A DNA stretch of 64,000 nucleotides from Camelus ferus (Eukaryota): positions 52,764,001-52,828,000 of the forward strand of contig NC_045707.1 in assembly GCF_009834535.1 (NCBI RefSeq). Reading direction: 5' to 3'. The notes below the pieces were generated by a model that saw only the letters and a list, made by a program, of their open reading frames with translations, did no database searches and was not told where the DNA came from. Below, one piece after another: positions 40,260 to 54,443 of this stretch. The translations under genes and the position numbers were made by a program. Each line of letters starts with the position of its first letter. Within the stretch, counting starts at the first letter, position 1.

Positions 40260-41050
40260 TAAGCAACAAAATAAATAATTCGGTGTTGGATTATAACCCA
40301 AAGCATAAAATAAATATCCCTGAGGTACTACCAATATAAATATATACATAAATAAGGTAAAATAGACAAATCTTCCACGCAGAAGGATTCCAAGTAATTT
40401 GCGTAGATGCCCCCCCGGAGAAGGCAGAGTGTAACTCCCCACCCCTTAAGTAACTTCCTTCCGAAGACAAGGCTGTCGTGTGGGAAGGCGAGGGGGGAGA
40501 GTGACTTCTCAGTGGAGAAATGTGACCGACAGGACCTCACCCAAGCGTTCGAGGTCGGCATTGGCAGTGGTCAGTCGTGGCGACGCCATGCACTCTTGAT
40601 AAAGGACGAGAATAGTGTGTTACCTCTGTGGCCTTCCTCCCCAAAGCCCATAATCACAGTCTGATCTTGAGAAAAACATCAAGCAAGTGCAACCCAGGTA
40701 CGTTCTGTAAATTTTCTGATCAGTGTTGAGGTCATCAAAATCAGGGTAAGTTTGAGACACCATCACAGCCCAGAGGAATCCAAGGAAACTTGGTGAATCT
40801 ATGCAATGTGGTGTCCTGAGTTGGACCCGGGACAGAAAGGGACCTTGGGTAAAGATTAAGGAAATCTGAGGAAAGCATGGGTTTCAGTTAGTAACAAAGT
40901 ATTTTAGGTCAGAGTGACACCTGTACCACGCTAATGTAAGACAGCAACACAGGGAACACTGGGGTGGAGGGGCACGGAGCTCCCTCTGCTACCGAGTCAC
41001 AGTTTTTCTGTAATTTAAAAATACTCTAAAATAAAAATGTATTGAAAAAA
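40260..41050 (+). mobile_element. L1MC/MD-like 3' region
   Basis: ttggattataaccca...tgaggtcatcaaaa...tgcaatgtggtgtcctg...ggacagaaagggac...ttttctgtaatttaaaaatactctaaaataaaa. Confidence 0.7.
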
Positions 41051-41321
41051 ACATGATGTTGATTTTTCTCCTATTGGAATAATGGTAATTACAGATGTTT
41101 TATTTGTTTGGTTTTCTTCTACATTAGAGCTTGCGTCCTCCCCATATTTTTGACATTTATAATACCTTATTGACTTCAGTGCTAAAAGCTGGTTTGTGCC
41201 AACAACTATTTCCAAGTCCTCACTGATGACGCCTGACATATAGGAAGTGAATCTCTGCTATGTTTTAAATTGTATTTGCAATGATAAGGAGTGTGTTCGT
41301 TATCAGCATCAAAATCCAGTA

Positions 41322-41793
41322 CAGGCTGGCCTCGGAGATGCTGTTGATCTGGGTCCAGACATTGTAACAAAGCGAACATCACGGTAAAGCCAGTCACACA
41401 ACTTTCTGGTTTCCCAGTGCATGTAAGTTATGTTTACACTGTTCTGTTGTCTATTAAGTGTGCAAAAAAATAACTGGGTGTCTAAAAAACAATGTATATA
41501 CCTTACTTTAAAAAGACTTTATTGCTAGAAAATGCTAACCACCATCTGAGCCTTCAGTGAGTGGTGGTAGTGACATCCAGGATCACTGATCACAGATCTC
41601 CATAGCAAACAAAATCGGGATGAAAAAGTTTTGAAATATTGTAAGAACTACCCAATGTGACTCAGATACATGAAATGCACAAGTATTGTTGGCAAGTCTG
41701 CCCCACAGACTCGCTTGGCACAGGGTTGTGGCAAACCTTCAGTCTGCCAAATAATGCAGCGTCCACAGAGCATAGCAAGAGTGGGGGTGCCTG
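41322..41793 (-). mobile_element. Internally deleted Tigger1 (Tigger1a-like) DNA transposon
   Basis: Both Tigger1 termini are recognisable (TA-CAGG...ctcggagat at left; ...ggtgcctg at right), joined near 41565 with no transposase. Confidence 0.85.
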
Positions 41794-42999
41794 CGTCGCA
41801 GCTGCCATCGCCACATCGCCACTGTGGCCGAACGCACCAGGCAGCCCACGGACACTTGGTGAAGCTGCATCAACAACGGTTTAGTTCATGCACCTGACAC
41901 CCCATCCATCCCACGTCACGCTCCTATGTTCTCTGTAAATGGGAGCTTTTGCAATCAATAAAGAGGCACGTGTAAAACTATTCTCTCAAAAGAGCATAAT
42001 TTAAATTTCATTTAAATTCTCAAAAGGATGCGAGAGAAATGTTACTCTAGTTTTGAAAAATAAAGGCTTTCTACCTTGAAAGTAACATGTAACACAATCA
42101 AATAGTTTCACTTGTACACAGAGAAAAAGAAATCAGTATTATTATTAGTATAACAGAAGTCTTTATATTCTGTTTGATAGTTTAATTGAAAAAGAGAAAA
42201 GTACACTCTTTTATAGCAAAGAATCAAGCAAATACAAAGGGGGAAATAACATGTAATTATAACTTGCCAACAGTGAGGAGCACTGAAACTCATTAAAATT
42301 ACATTTTTGGAAAGAAGACTAGAAAAGGTCTACAAAAGAAAAAGTGTCAGGTATTTAGCTAAACATTACGAAACGCGAGCGTACCATGCTGGCTAACTCG
42401 TGTTTTTCTTTATGTTACAGTCAATTACCTTAACAGCTCTTTTAGTACTGGGCTATGATTTTTAAAGAAAATAAGATTATTGTCCTAAAAATGTTTATTC
42501 CAGATACCATGTTTGTCTTCAATTTGGTTCAGTAAACCAGGGGCCCTGAAGCAGAAACCTAGGATCAATTAAAGGATTTTGAAACTTCATCCCGTGGACC
42601 TCCCAGCCATCTGCAGGTCTCCCAGCCATCTTTCTTCCCAGGGTGTTCTTGGAATCCCAACTGGAAATAAAGCCATGTGGTAGCGGCACTAACTCTTCTT
42701 AAAAACCGAAGCAACAGCGCTGTACAAACCTCTGGGTGAAATCAAGCATTTTGTAGCAATTAAAAGTGGCTCTTTTCAAAAAAAATGTGAAGCTTCCTAT
42801 AGTAACCAAATATATCAAGAGATAAGTTGGTCTTAAATGTAATTAGCTTGAAAATTTTACCAAATAGTGTTAGTGGAAGAAGTATCTGTTGGGTTTTTTC
42901 TTCCTAACATTTTATAATAAGAATGTTCAAATTGATCAATTAAAAGAATTGTGTAGAGTTTTTGTCTTTGTTTTTGTTTTTTCACCTGTGGCTGGCCAG

Positions 43000-43610
43000 T
43001 TGTTTCAACAAAAGTTTTGGTGTGTTGTGTTTTTATTTCATATAATCAAAGTATTTTGTGATTAACCTTGTGATTTCCTTTTTGACTGTGTTTAATTTCC
43101 ACGTATTTGTTAATCTCCGAAATTTCCTTTTGCTGTTAATTTCTGATTTCATCCACTGCAGTTCATGGAACACACTTCATATGATTTCAATGTTTTTAAT
43201 TTATTGAGACTCAGTTTATGTCCAGCATGTTGTGTATTATGAAAACTGTTCCATGTGTACTAGAGAAGAATTTTTGTTTTGCTGCTGCTGAAAGGAATGT
43301 TCTATAAATGTCTGTTAGCTCTAGCTGGCTTATAGTGTTTTCCAGTTTTCTATTTTCTTCCTAATCTTCTGTCCGCTTGTTCCACCCATTAATGAAAAAC
43401 AAATTTTGACGCCTACAGTTATTACATTTGAATTGTCTGCCAACTTCTCTCTTAAATTGTGTCAGTTTTTGCTTCATGTATTTTGCTCTGTTATTAGGTA
43501 TGCAATTATACATGTTTATAATTATTATATATTCTTGATGGATTGACACTTTTATTACTGTAAAATGTCTGTTTTGTATCTAGTAAAATTTTTGGCTTTA
43601 AAATTATTGA
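43000..43610 (-). mobile_element. Old L1 ORF2 endonuclease-region fragment
   Basis: Minus-strand peptide SIHQEYIIIINMY..PNNRAKYMKQKLTQFKREV resembles the L1 endonuclease (SIQQEDITIINIYAPN). Confidence 0.8.
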
Positions 43611-44914
43611 AATACAATGATGTGCTTGCTCAGAATCGCACTTACGTCGTTTATTTTGAAATGAATCAAGTAAATAACATGAACTGAGGAGTGTATAGAA
43701 GATGGACAAACAGATATGAGATTTTAAAATGTTACTCAGCTTCTAAATGATGGCTGTACCACTGTCAGCTTTGGTACCTGTTTCAACTTTGATACCTGCT
43801 TGAATATTTTCATGATAAAATGTTAGAAAAATAACCAGAAGGAAAAATGTCTTCTGATGCTACCAAGACCTCTAGCTATGGTTGCACAGAATGGCTGTGA
43901 CCCCACCAACAGGAGGAAGTCATCGACCCTAAAATACATTGCTCATCATTGTTATACGTTTTTTAAACCACGATGAGGGTATACAATGGCGTCATTCCTG
44001 TATAACCTCTTGTTTTAAAACTATGAAGATTCAGTCATCAGGTGTTGTTTATCATGAGGACAGAAGGGAGAGCTTGGCATTTGCCGGGCAATTGCCTTTG
44101 AGTCTAACTGGTTTGGATCCAAGTGATTAATTCCACCGTTATTGTTACTGTCGGGACGTGGAGGTCTATTCCAAGGTGCTCCAGTCTTCGTTCTTTTTGA
44201 GTTTAAATTTTATCTTCTGTAAAATAATAAGCAGTTCAGTTCAACCAGGTCTTTGACTAGAAGTTCTCCAAGCACAGTGCTGAGCGCTGAAAACATAAAG
44301 AAGAGTGGACGGCGGCCTCCCCTCCACGGAGTTCACAGGCTGCTGAGAAGCAGACAAGGGTTCTGCAGACGTTTGACAGAGAGACGCGGAACGGCTGCCA
44401 GGAAGCTCGTCACCCGGTCTGGACACAGACAGGGATCATGGGAGCTTCTCCTGGAACAGTGTCTGAGCCAAGTCTAAAAGGATGAAGAGAGATTAGCATC
44501 GCACAAGCTGGCCAAGGTCAGGAGGGTGTCTCGGAAAAGTTGCTGGACCCATTGGTGAGGGCAGAGAGTCAGGCAGAGGCAGAAGGAGCCTGTCGCCTCT
44601 TCCACACCATCAACCCCCATCAACACAGCTCGTCGCTGCTCCTCCCAGACCCTCCTGCAAAGGCAGAAATTGGATTCAGTTAAAAACTGGTCAAGTAGAA
44701 TCCAGACCTTAGTCTATGATGTGGTTAATAGAATATATAAACTCCTGAAGGACCCCAAGGTTATCAGCAATACGTTTCTTTGCCATTAGGTAAGGAAACA
44801 TGCAGTGACATTTTTTATCCACCACACCAGTCGTGAAATTTACTGTCACTGGATGTGGGAACATCCCTAGACTTCACACACAAGCACATGAAAAGCATCA
44901 TGTCATCAGGGAAA

Positions 44915-45150
44915 TGCACACTTTTCAGACTGGCTTTGTTCACTTAGTCGTATGCATTTAAATTTCCTCCATGACTTTTCATGGCTTGATAGCACATTTC
45001 TTTTTAGTGCTGAGTAATATTCCACTGTCTGGATGGACCAGTTTATTTATCTATTCACCCACTGAAGGACCTCTAGGTTTCTTGGTTGCTTTCAAGTTTT
45101 GGTGATTATGAATAAAGCTGCTGTAAACATCCATGCAGAGGTGGACATTA
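44915..45150 (-). mobile_element. L1MC-like fragment
   Basis: cttttcagactggctt...catggcttgatagc...gctgagtaatattccactgtctggatggacca...atgaataaagctgctgtaaacatcc. Confidence 0.7.
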
Positions 45151-45169
45151 GTTTCCATGTAATTGTGGG

Positions 45170-45375
45170 AAGCTCTGGCTGATGACGTGTCTGTGTAGGT
45201 CCATCCGTGGTAACAAATGTCCCTTCTGGGGAGAATGTTGATACTGGGTGAGGCTCTGCATGTGAGGGGACACAGGGAGAATTAAGGAAATTCTTTTTCA
45301 GTTTTACTGTGAAACTACAACTGCTTCTAAAGAAAAAAAGAAAAAATGAGAAAAAAGTCTATTTAAAAAAAATTA
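45170..45375 (+). mobile_element. L1MC-like 3' end, opposite orientation to the adjacent fragment
   Basis: gatgacgtgtctgtgtaggtccatc...taacaaatgt...cagttttactgtgaaacta.aactgct + A-rich tail. Confidence 0.6.
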
Positions 45376-45769
45376 AACAATTTCATCTCTTACCCAAGAT
45401 TTGCTGAACCAGAATTCTTGCTGGAGGGTGGGGGCACCTAGGATCTGACATTTTTAAAGCACTCTATGATTCTGATCATCACCCTGGCTTGGAAATGACA
45501 GGCCAGAAGTGCAATTGAAAGCTGAGGGTAATCAACTGAAAAACTGAAAGTTTCGAGTGAAACTCATATGAGGGCACTTGGACGTTATGGAGGACTGCAA
45601 CATGAGGAAAATGCATCCCCCAAAATCTCATTATGCGTTTTCACTCACGTTGGAGTCATGTTCAGTATGTGTATGCCAAGTGATGTCACCATCAAATTAC
45701 CAGCATTATTAAAAGAAAAAAAAAGATGATTCTGGCTATGTTGTTCCCTGGACCATACTTTGAGCAATT

Positions 45770-45892
45770 GGCTTGGGCATAAGCCGACTGAGGACAGGGC
45801 TATTTTCCATCAGTCGCTTGACTGTGTACCCAGCCCGGGTCACAATTCCAGGCACAGAGTGGGTGCTCACCACGTGTTTACTGAATGAATGC
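45770..45892 (+). mobile_element. L2 3' end
   Basis: tgaggacagggct...tgtacccagccc...ggcacagagtgggtgctca...tttactgaatgaatg. Confidence 0.7.
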
Positions 45893-48112
45893 TCCCCCTC
45901 CTGCAGGAAGTGCACCCCATTCTGTTTGCAGCCTTTTGTTTGTGTTTTCCCTAAAACCCATGTGCATAGACAAGATGCACCTTTCCCAGTGTTTACAGTA
46001 GTTACTGGGGACATCTTTTGCTTATTTCCTTCTGTCCTCTCACTGACGATAAATTGCAGAAGGGAGGGGACTGTATAATTGTCTGCAAGTTTCTCTGTAC
46101 TTAGGACAGAGCTTGGAACATCAAAGACTCTTGGGAAATGTCTGTTAAATTAATGAATGATTTGGAAAGGCCAACCCAGCTTTTCAATCTGCCAGAGCTG
46201 CAACTGATCTTCCACTGGCATGAATTTCCCTCCCTGCAAGCGGGATGGTATATTCTCAGGAGCGTGGGGGCAGAGACGCAGACTGAAGACAAAAGAGGAA
46301 TGGGTGGCAGGGAGGGCACATCCCGGAGCAGAATTCACAAGCAGCAGCATCCCGAGATGGGACACAGGAGCAAATGAGCAAACGTCTCCCCAGAAGCAGA
46401 CTCCGTGCGTCGGCAATGGTTATTTCCAGCTGCTGCTCCTCATCATGGAGGACAGCTACTCTGCCAGGTCAGAGTTGCTCTGGCCATTTTCAAGGTCATT
46501 GTACCTTCCCAGATCTGGCACTGAATCTGGGGTCTGGCAAGTCTGGCTTCTTAAGTGGATTAGGAGGGGCCCCACAGAGCCCTGCGTCCTGGCCGCATTC
46601 CCGGGCATAGTTCTCTGAGGAGAGGACAGCCTCCTCTCCGTCCCTCCTTGGATGTGAGTCCACCTCCTGATCTTAGCCGTGGCACCATTTCATACGCTGC
46701 GGTTGCCCAAGCCTGCCCCGCTACCATCACACATTTCCATCATCATCACCTTAAGTACATTCCGGTAGGAAAGATGTAATTAACCTGCAGCCAACATCCA
46801 GAATCAGAAATGCAGTTATAACAGTCGAAAACAAAATGAATGAATGAATTTTTGTGAAAAATTACTCGAGTGATTTTATAAAATTCCATCTCTGTTTTCC
46901 CTCTGTCCATTTCTCAAAATTGCTTACATTCATAACACTTTCATGTGAAGATGGATTTACATAGAAAGGCGTGCAATCACACAGACCAGACAGGATAACC
47001 GGGCGCACGGGCCCTTCTCCCCGTCCTCCTCTGCCTCCGTGGACTTTGTCTAAAGCAGAGTGGTCGGATGCTGTCACTGTGCATGCAGAGAACAAAGAAG
47101 AGGAGTGGTGATGTGCATTTGAAAGTTCATTTCCAAATCCAGTGCAAGAAATGGGGGACGACCTGACATTTTGCATTGGGAGAGGTGGACAGGAGTCAGG
47201 AAACACTCACTTATTCTGTCAGCTATTAGATTTTCCTATTTCGCTGTTTAATTCACTGGCAGGGCTGGTGGGACATGGGACGAAGTGAGAAACGTGGCCA
47301 GAGGGGCTGTGGCTTTGTGGCTCCCCTCCCTTTTTCTCTGTCTCTTCCTTCACTCACACACCCACAGAAATACGATGTCTGTGGTTCTCTATTATACAGA
47401 TATCTAAGTACAGCTAGATGTGAATGTAGCCACAGACATATAATCTAGGTATTAGATATAGATACTGGGTGCAGATAGAGATTTAAAGCTTATATAGCAA
47501 AACTGTGCAGCCCTGGAATAGGGTACTTAGATGGGCGGCAACCTGGTTGGTCAAGCTTGTCTGGCTTAGGAGATACCTTCATTGATGTGGACAGCTCCTA
47601 GAGTCTTTCATCTTGATCCCATTTTTAAGTGGAAAAGGTATGAATTTTAAAATGACTCTTGAAACGTTCCTGAAAGGTCTCCTTCAAAGAACCCGTCAGC
47701 AGGGAAGCTGAAATCAGCCTCCACCCGAGGCCCCGGGAGGCGGCCGGTGCGCACCAGTGAGAGACGCCTCAGGAAACCATCCCCACAAGGTCTCGGGGGG
47801 CAAGACCCCTGGACTCCTCCCTCCTCTGCTGGACCTCCAGCGGCTCCATCTGAAAACCTGATTTCCTGAGACCCTCCCCGTCTCCTCATCCCCTGCTTCC
47901 AACCAGAGTCGTGGGGAGCTGGAATTGGAAATGACCCTGGGGAATCACGCCGTGTTTCCTGGAGGAGGGGAGCGGGAGTGGCAGCGCCGCGCCCGCCTTG
48001 TCGGGCCGGGACCCCGCGGCTCGCTGGCCCGGAGCCCAGAGCCCAGCCCGGCCCGGCGGCTCCGGCCCGTCCCCTGCGCCCCACGCCCGCCGGCTCGCGG
48101 GCCACTTTCCTC

Positions 48113-48199
48113 TGACGTCCGCCTCCCCGGCTCTGACGATCGCCCGCCGGCCGTCCTTATAAAGGGGACCGTGACCAATACTGGATCGATCGCCACTTC
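48113..48199 (+). promoter_or_regulatory. Core promoter motifs: CRE-like TGACGTCC, half-CRE TGACG, TATAAA, Inr-like
   Basis: TGACGTCC 48113-48120, TGACG 48134-48138, TATAAA 48158-48163 (an AT-rich motif standing out in GC-rich context), CCACTTC 48193-48199. Confidence 0.6.
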
Positions 48200-48417
48200 T
48201 CCGCACCCAGTGCCCCGCGCCGCGCCCACACCTATCAACTCGGCGCGCGCCGCATTCCTGGAGACGCCGGGTGCGGAGACGCGGGAGCTGGAACCGCCGG
48301 ACCCTGCTGCCCCTGGGCCCCTGACCGCCCCTCCCGGGTCCCGCGCAGCCTCGGCCTCCGCCGTTCCCGAGAGCAGACGGGACCCGCGGAGCGCTTCCCG
48401 GCGCCGCGCATCTCCAG
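48190..48417 (+). other. SLC5A7: Probable non-coding first exon (5'UTR) of SLC5A7; 5' end approximate
   Basis: Lies in the CpG island downstream of TATAAA (48158) and an Inr-like CCACTTC (48193-48199). Contains no ATG and ends in the donor CAG|GTAGGA (GT at 48418-48419), which could join the acceptor before 49580. Confidence 0.65.
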
Positions 48418-49591
48418 GTAGGAGCGCGTCGGGCCACCCCTCCTCCGACGCGGCTCGGTGCCTCCCGCGGGGATCCCGGTGGATCGGCGCCCACAGTCCG
48501 GGCCCGCGGGTGCGAGCTCGGTGATGTTGGGGCGCGGGGGTGCCGGGGGCGCCGGCGGCGCAAGAGAGACAGCGGCCCTTCCCGGTGTTCGGGCTGGCAA
48601 GGCAAAGCCCGTCCCGCCTGCCAGGAATCCGAGGGGCTAGTTCTTTGGCCCAAGGTCCATCACCCACCTGCGTGCGCGCGCGGATGTCTGAGTCTCCCCC
48701 ACACACTCGCTGTGCGAACCGGGAGTGTGAATGGCCGTGGTCACGAGAGGGGGGAATAACAGAACAAGAATTCCAGAAAGTGAAGGCATTAGGACTTATC
48801 TCTCTTCCAAGAGTCTTGTTTTGACTGCCTCTGACGCCCCGTTACCTTTTAGGCATTTCTCTATTTTTGAACGTTTTCTTGTATGTGCCATTGGGGGTGG
48901 GGGACAGATTAGACCACTGGAGGGCGGTGGAATCCGGAGGGGGACCCCTTAAACAACACAAAGTCTTCAGTGGCTGCGGTGACTTGAACCTTGAGCATTT
49001 GTTGAAAATTGGAGGCCGTGTGATATTGAAATGCATTTTCCTGAAGTTTTTTCCCCCACAGATATTTGCATGTCACAATGCTTTTGGAACCATTCCCTGA
49101 AATTATTGAAAGGAAGGTTACCATAATGAATGAATGAACAATGAATGAATGAATGTATCAATTCTCAGAGTCATCTTTTATGATACAGTTGCACTACTGA
49201 GTAATTCCAGATGGAAAAATACCTAGCTCCAAAAAGCAAACACAGCACACTCTTTGTAAGGGATTTCTTGACCGAGTTACTGAGCAAAAATACAAGACAA
49301 AGTTAATTGTGCATTGCAAGTATTTCTTCCACAAAAAATGATTATGCTTCTTAAACAGCATTTCCAATTTGCTTCTGTTTCTTGAAAACTCGAAACAAGG
49401 TGGACTTGTTGACTAGAAATAGTGAGCTCATGGACACTCGTCGGTAATCGCGGTTGAACGGGAGATTTCAAAGCACTGTTTCTTTTAAGTGGTGCCGGCC
49501 CTCTCAGGGGCTGGCCGGTTGAGTCCTGGCTGCCTGTGTTGGCTTGGCTGGTTGATGAAGCATGCTGTTTTTCCCTCAGAAGCCTTAATGA

Positions 49592-49918
<327 letters not shown>

Positions 49919-52900
49919 TAATTTTACATTTATGTAGAACAAAAATGCAGCGGTTTCAAGTCAGTAGCACTTGAACAAATGATTTTATGATAAATCACCA
50001 GACAGAGTGTCAGTGAAAGCAGCCTGGGCTCCCTGGGCTGTTCAGTGGATGAGACAGTGAAAACAAAGAGGTGGAGGAATGTGCAAAATGTCTTCATCTT
50101 AAAGTTGTGTTTCTGTTCCTTAACGTGATGAAGTCAGCGTCTCCCCCTGTTCATTAATACAGGCAGAAAGCTGTGACTTTGAGTAACCTTAATGAATCCT
50201 AACTAGTCAATGAACACTAACTAGTGATGGTTTTAAACCTGGATAAATTAATTTGGGAGCAACACAATTGCAAATTGATTGATGTCTTGTTTTGAAATCC
50301 TATTCTCCCATTTAATAAGATAATTTACTCACAGAAGGAAAGCACATTTATTGTTAGGGATCCACAGCACTGGGGGGCAAAAAAAGATTTCCAGGAACAT
50401 TGATATAAAAGGGAAACAGCCAGGGCATGTCGCGGTAGGAATCCCCCAGCTGCCAACCGCAGCTCTAACCCATGCGAGCCGTCTCTGTGCTGGGAGCCGC
50501 AGGAATCTCTCCTCTGCCCAGAGGTGGTTCTGAACAAGTGACGACTGGTTTTCTTTTACATTCTTCTCTCGGTTGTTGACAATAATTCTACGAAACAACA
50601 ATTTAAAATTATATCTTTAATATCACTTGATACCTATTCACTGACAACACACATTTTTTTCATTTTAGAGTCTTTATTAGGTTTTTAAACATTAGCAGCC
50701 TAGCCCACACTAACGGGAACTCAGTGAGCGCTCATTGGAAAACTGTCACATCAGAATGATGCCAATCGTCAGCCCTGAAGTGCTCGTTAAAGGTGATTCA
50801 CCCTGGATATCAAATAGTTACCAAATCAACCCGAAACCTGCAATGTTGTAGATAACTTTTGGACTCCAGAGTCTGCCTGTCAGATATCCACATTTTATGT
50901 TTAACTCTTCGCCAGATGTCTGTGGTTTTATTCGATCTTCATGGCAGCACTAGGGAAGGGCTCTGGGTGGAGTCAGGACCCAGAGTCACGTGGTCTGCAA
51001 GGACCAGAGCCAGGACCGCACCCTGGTCTGGCAGCCACGCCAGGGCCCCCACCACATACCACGTCCAGCCCTCCACAGCCTTCACCCCATTCTCCATGAA
51101 GGGGCCCAGGGTGAACAGAGCTCTTTTGGACCCTCTGTCTCTGGTTTTTTCTACACACACACACATACAGAAAAATATATGTTTTGCAAAAATATTTTCT
51201 CTGATACATAAGATGCAAAATTAGAAAAACATAAAAACATGAAGAATAAGAATTACACACACCTGCAGACGTTTGCTGAGACGTTGGCACAGGTTTTCGT
51301 GGCGTTTCTCTTACTATCCACTAATCAATGAACAACATGCACACCTGTATATCTTCGCTTCCAGTTTTCATTGTAGCCTGAACATCTCTTCTTTCCTCTA
51401 AAGACCCATACGTGATACTGTATCTGAAGTGGATTCAAGTATTGTCATTGTATTTCCCTCAGATTTCTCCTCTGACAAAGAAAACAGGTAGGAAAGCAAA
51501 TTAAAGTGACCAAAGTTGTTGATTCAAAACTGTTGAAAAGAATAAATGAGTTGTGTATACCAAAGTATTTTGTTCATTGCAAATTATTATAACATTCTCC
51601 TACTCTAATTTAATATTTATTATGTTCATAAAGATAATAATTCAGATTTTTATGATTTAGAGTGATTTTTTAATCTAATAGGCTATTACAGTGTATTAAA
51701 AATTTGAATTATGATTTTTCTTAAAAAGTGTCATGCCTGAGCTCAGCTTTTAAAGATTTTTTTTAAATCTCTCAGAACAGAAAAAAGCCTTGATCAATAT
51801 CATAATTTAATTAAAATCCAAATCACGTTATCTAACTCTTGTCAGATTCATTGATTGTATATTTTTGATGAAAAATAAAGATTGAAAATAAGAATGCATG
51901 TAATTTAGAATAATTCTGGCTCTCACTCGTGAACCTGACATGAAATATGCAAACCCGCAAAGCAAATTCTGATGTAGAAAGCATCAGATCGATGAAAGTG
52001 GAGGGACTGTAATCGTAATGAGTAACCAGCCTGCTGGTCTGTATTTTAATGTCTGCAATCATTCAGGCACCAATTTTCTTCTTAGAAAGACAGAGGAGAC
52101 CCCCACCGTGGAAGATGATCACTGATAAGTGCTGTGCTTGTAAGACCATCAGACGTCTACTTTCTTTTTCCCTCTTATTTTCTTTTTCTTTGTGTGTGTG
52201 TGTGTGTGTTTGCTTGAGATTCTTTACTAGACGTTTACTTAATGCGGGGAAGCGTTGCTGGTGCGGTGCCAGCAGTCCCAGGGGCCTCGCAGGAAGGTGA
52301 GGGTCTCAGGCACTGTGCCTCTAAGAGTCTCTTCCTCTGGGTCCTGGTTACATGCCCAGTGCGAAAAAGCGTGTTTAAAGTTCAGCAGGGTTCAGGATGA
52401 GAAAAGCAAATCACAGAGTTTGCTATTTATCAACACCCACAGAAAAGCTACCGTGAAGATGAGAGAGGCAGCTAAGTACACGTTTGTCCACCTGAGAATT
52501 TTTATAGTAACTCTCCATTAAGTGCACTTAAAATTCCTTTACAGGAAGGTCTTTTCATGGTGACCTTTTAAAGTGGTGTTAACCCCTGAACATTCTCTCC
52601 TCTTGGCTTTGTATTTGGATTAAAAGCCAGATACATGTTGACAAGAGACACAACAGAAACACGTGGGGCTGGCAGTTTTGTATCCATATTACTCTCCTTA
52701 TGTTCTAACTGTGAGATTTCAGAGAACTTTTCAGAGTCAAATTTTATTCCCCATTGGATGATACATCCCAGAATTCAGTCTCATATCTGATGAGCTTCAT
52801 ACCAGCCTATGTTCCTCATAATTTTACTCAAATTCTGTCGAGGGATAATTTTAAATATTTCAATCATACTCTTAAAAGGACATAAACTGCAAGGATTTGA

Positions 52901-53421
52901 GTGTTTCGTTAACTTTCCTTTTTCAGCAAGTATCAACTATTATATTGTCTTCTCAGAGAAAATGATAGAGTTTATAGCTTATTCTCAGCCCAAGCTTACT
53001 TAATCAAAATGTGGGGGTTTTTTTGGGGGGGGTCTGTGACCTCTTTTCTCCAAGTCTTATGTTAAAGAAATGTTACTTAATAACATCTGAAGAAAATGTA
53101 TTTCTTGTTATTCTCTATGAAATAGCAGCCATCTTACTGAAAACACTGGATTAGAACAAAGAATTGCAAATGGCCATGTGGTCAGTGCTGTAAATTCTAC
53201 TGAAGGCAGGTCTGGCGCTAAGTGTGAGGCGGGTACTGAGGAAGTCAGAGGAGGAAAAGGTCATTAGAACCCGCTTTAGGAGCCCTGCCGGTAAAAGTGT
53301 CACCCTCCTCCCTCCAGTCCCTCAACAATTTAAGGTAGTAATACAACTCAGTTACAATTCAGAACAAATTCACCAAAATCCTACGTACCCAGATGTTTAC
53401 CAAGTGACTCTATTAATGAAA

Positions 53422-53722
53422 ACACACCCACCCACCCACCATGCATGCACATGCACACCCACCCACACATACCTATACATATGCATGCATACACATTCCT
53501 TCATACATGCATGTGTGCATACATACACACGTATGCACACCCACACGCACCCATACATGTGCACACATATGCATACCCACACATACACACCATAGGCACA
53601 CATACACATGCACACACATGCATGCATATACACATACACATGCCCCCACACACCCACACATATGCACACATAAACACATGTAGATGCGCACGCATAGGCA
53701 CACGCACGCACGCACACACACA
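53422..53722. repeat. ~300 bp degenerate CA/TG (purine-pyrimidine) repeat in an SLC5A7 intron
   Basis: Directly visible. Confidence 0.93.
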
Positions 53723-54131
53723 CCACTGCTTGAGGACAACAGTCATGGTCAATGAGAAAAGATCAGTACCATTAAAACAGAAAGATCTTGAAATGAAGAC
53801 CCTGGACCCCTGTGATGGTGGCTGTTGCAGTATTATTGAGATATAATATAACATATCGTATATGATCCCAGGCTTTATGATACAATAAATCACTTAAAAG
53901 TGCTGACGACTAAATGGATTTAGAACGTACCTGGGGCCACACGCTTCAGTGAAACCATAATGGGAGCTCCAAAGGTAACCTTAGATTTTCTCCATATCAC
54001 TTTAAAAACCATAAAAATAGGTGAATTAATGTAAATAACAGAATGACTTAGGACATTGGAAATGTTTGATCTTTGCCGTGTAACCAATACCAAAAAAGTA
54101 TCGAGAGCGCACATGTATTTTTCCTGCCTAA

Positions 54132-54443
<312 letters not shown>

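Larger units (their letters stand above)
47950..48740. promoter_or_regulatory. CpG island / SLC5A7 promoter
   Basis: By far the most GC- and CpG-dense stretch in the window, ~1-1.7 kb upstream of the first coding exon. Confidence 0.9.

Noticed and set aside
47392..47482. Degenerate TAGATA/TAGATG-like repeat upstream of the promoter, loosely complementary to the 5.9-kb array
   Set aside because: Too short and degenerate to imply any relationship; ordinary low-complexity sequence.
47647..48824. Several long ORFs (up to 255 aa) on both strands
   Set aside because: Stop-codon scarcity in the CpG island; low-complexity Arg/Gly/Pro/Ala content with no recognisable domain.
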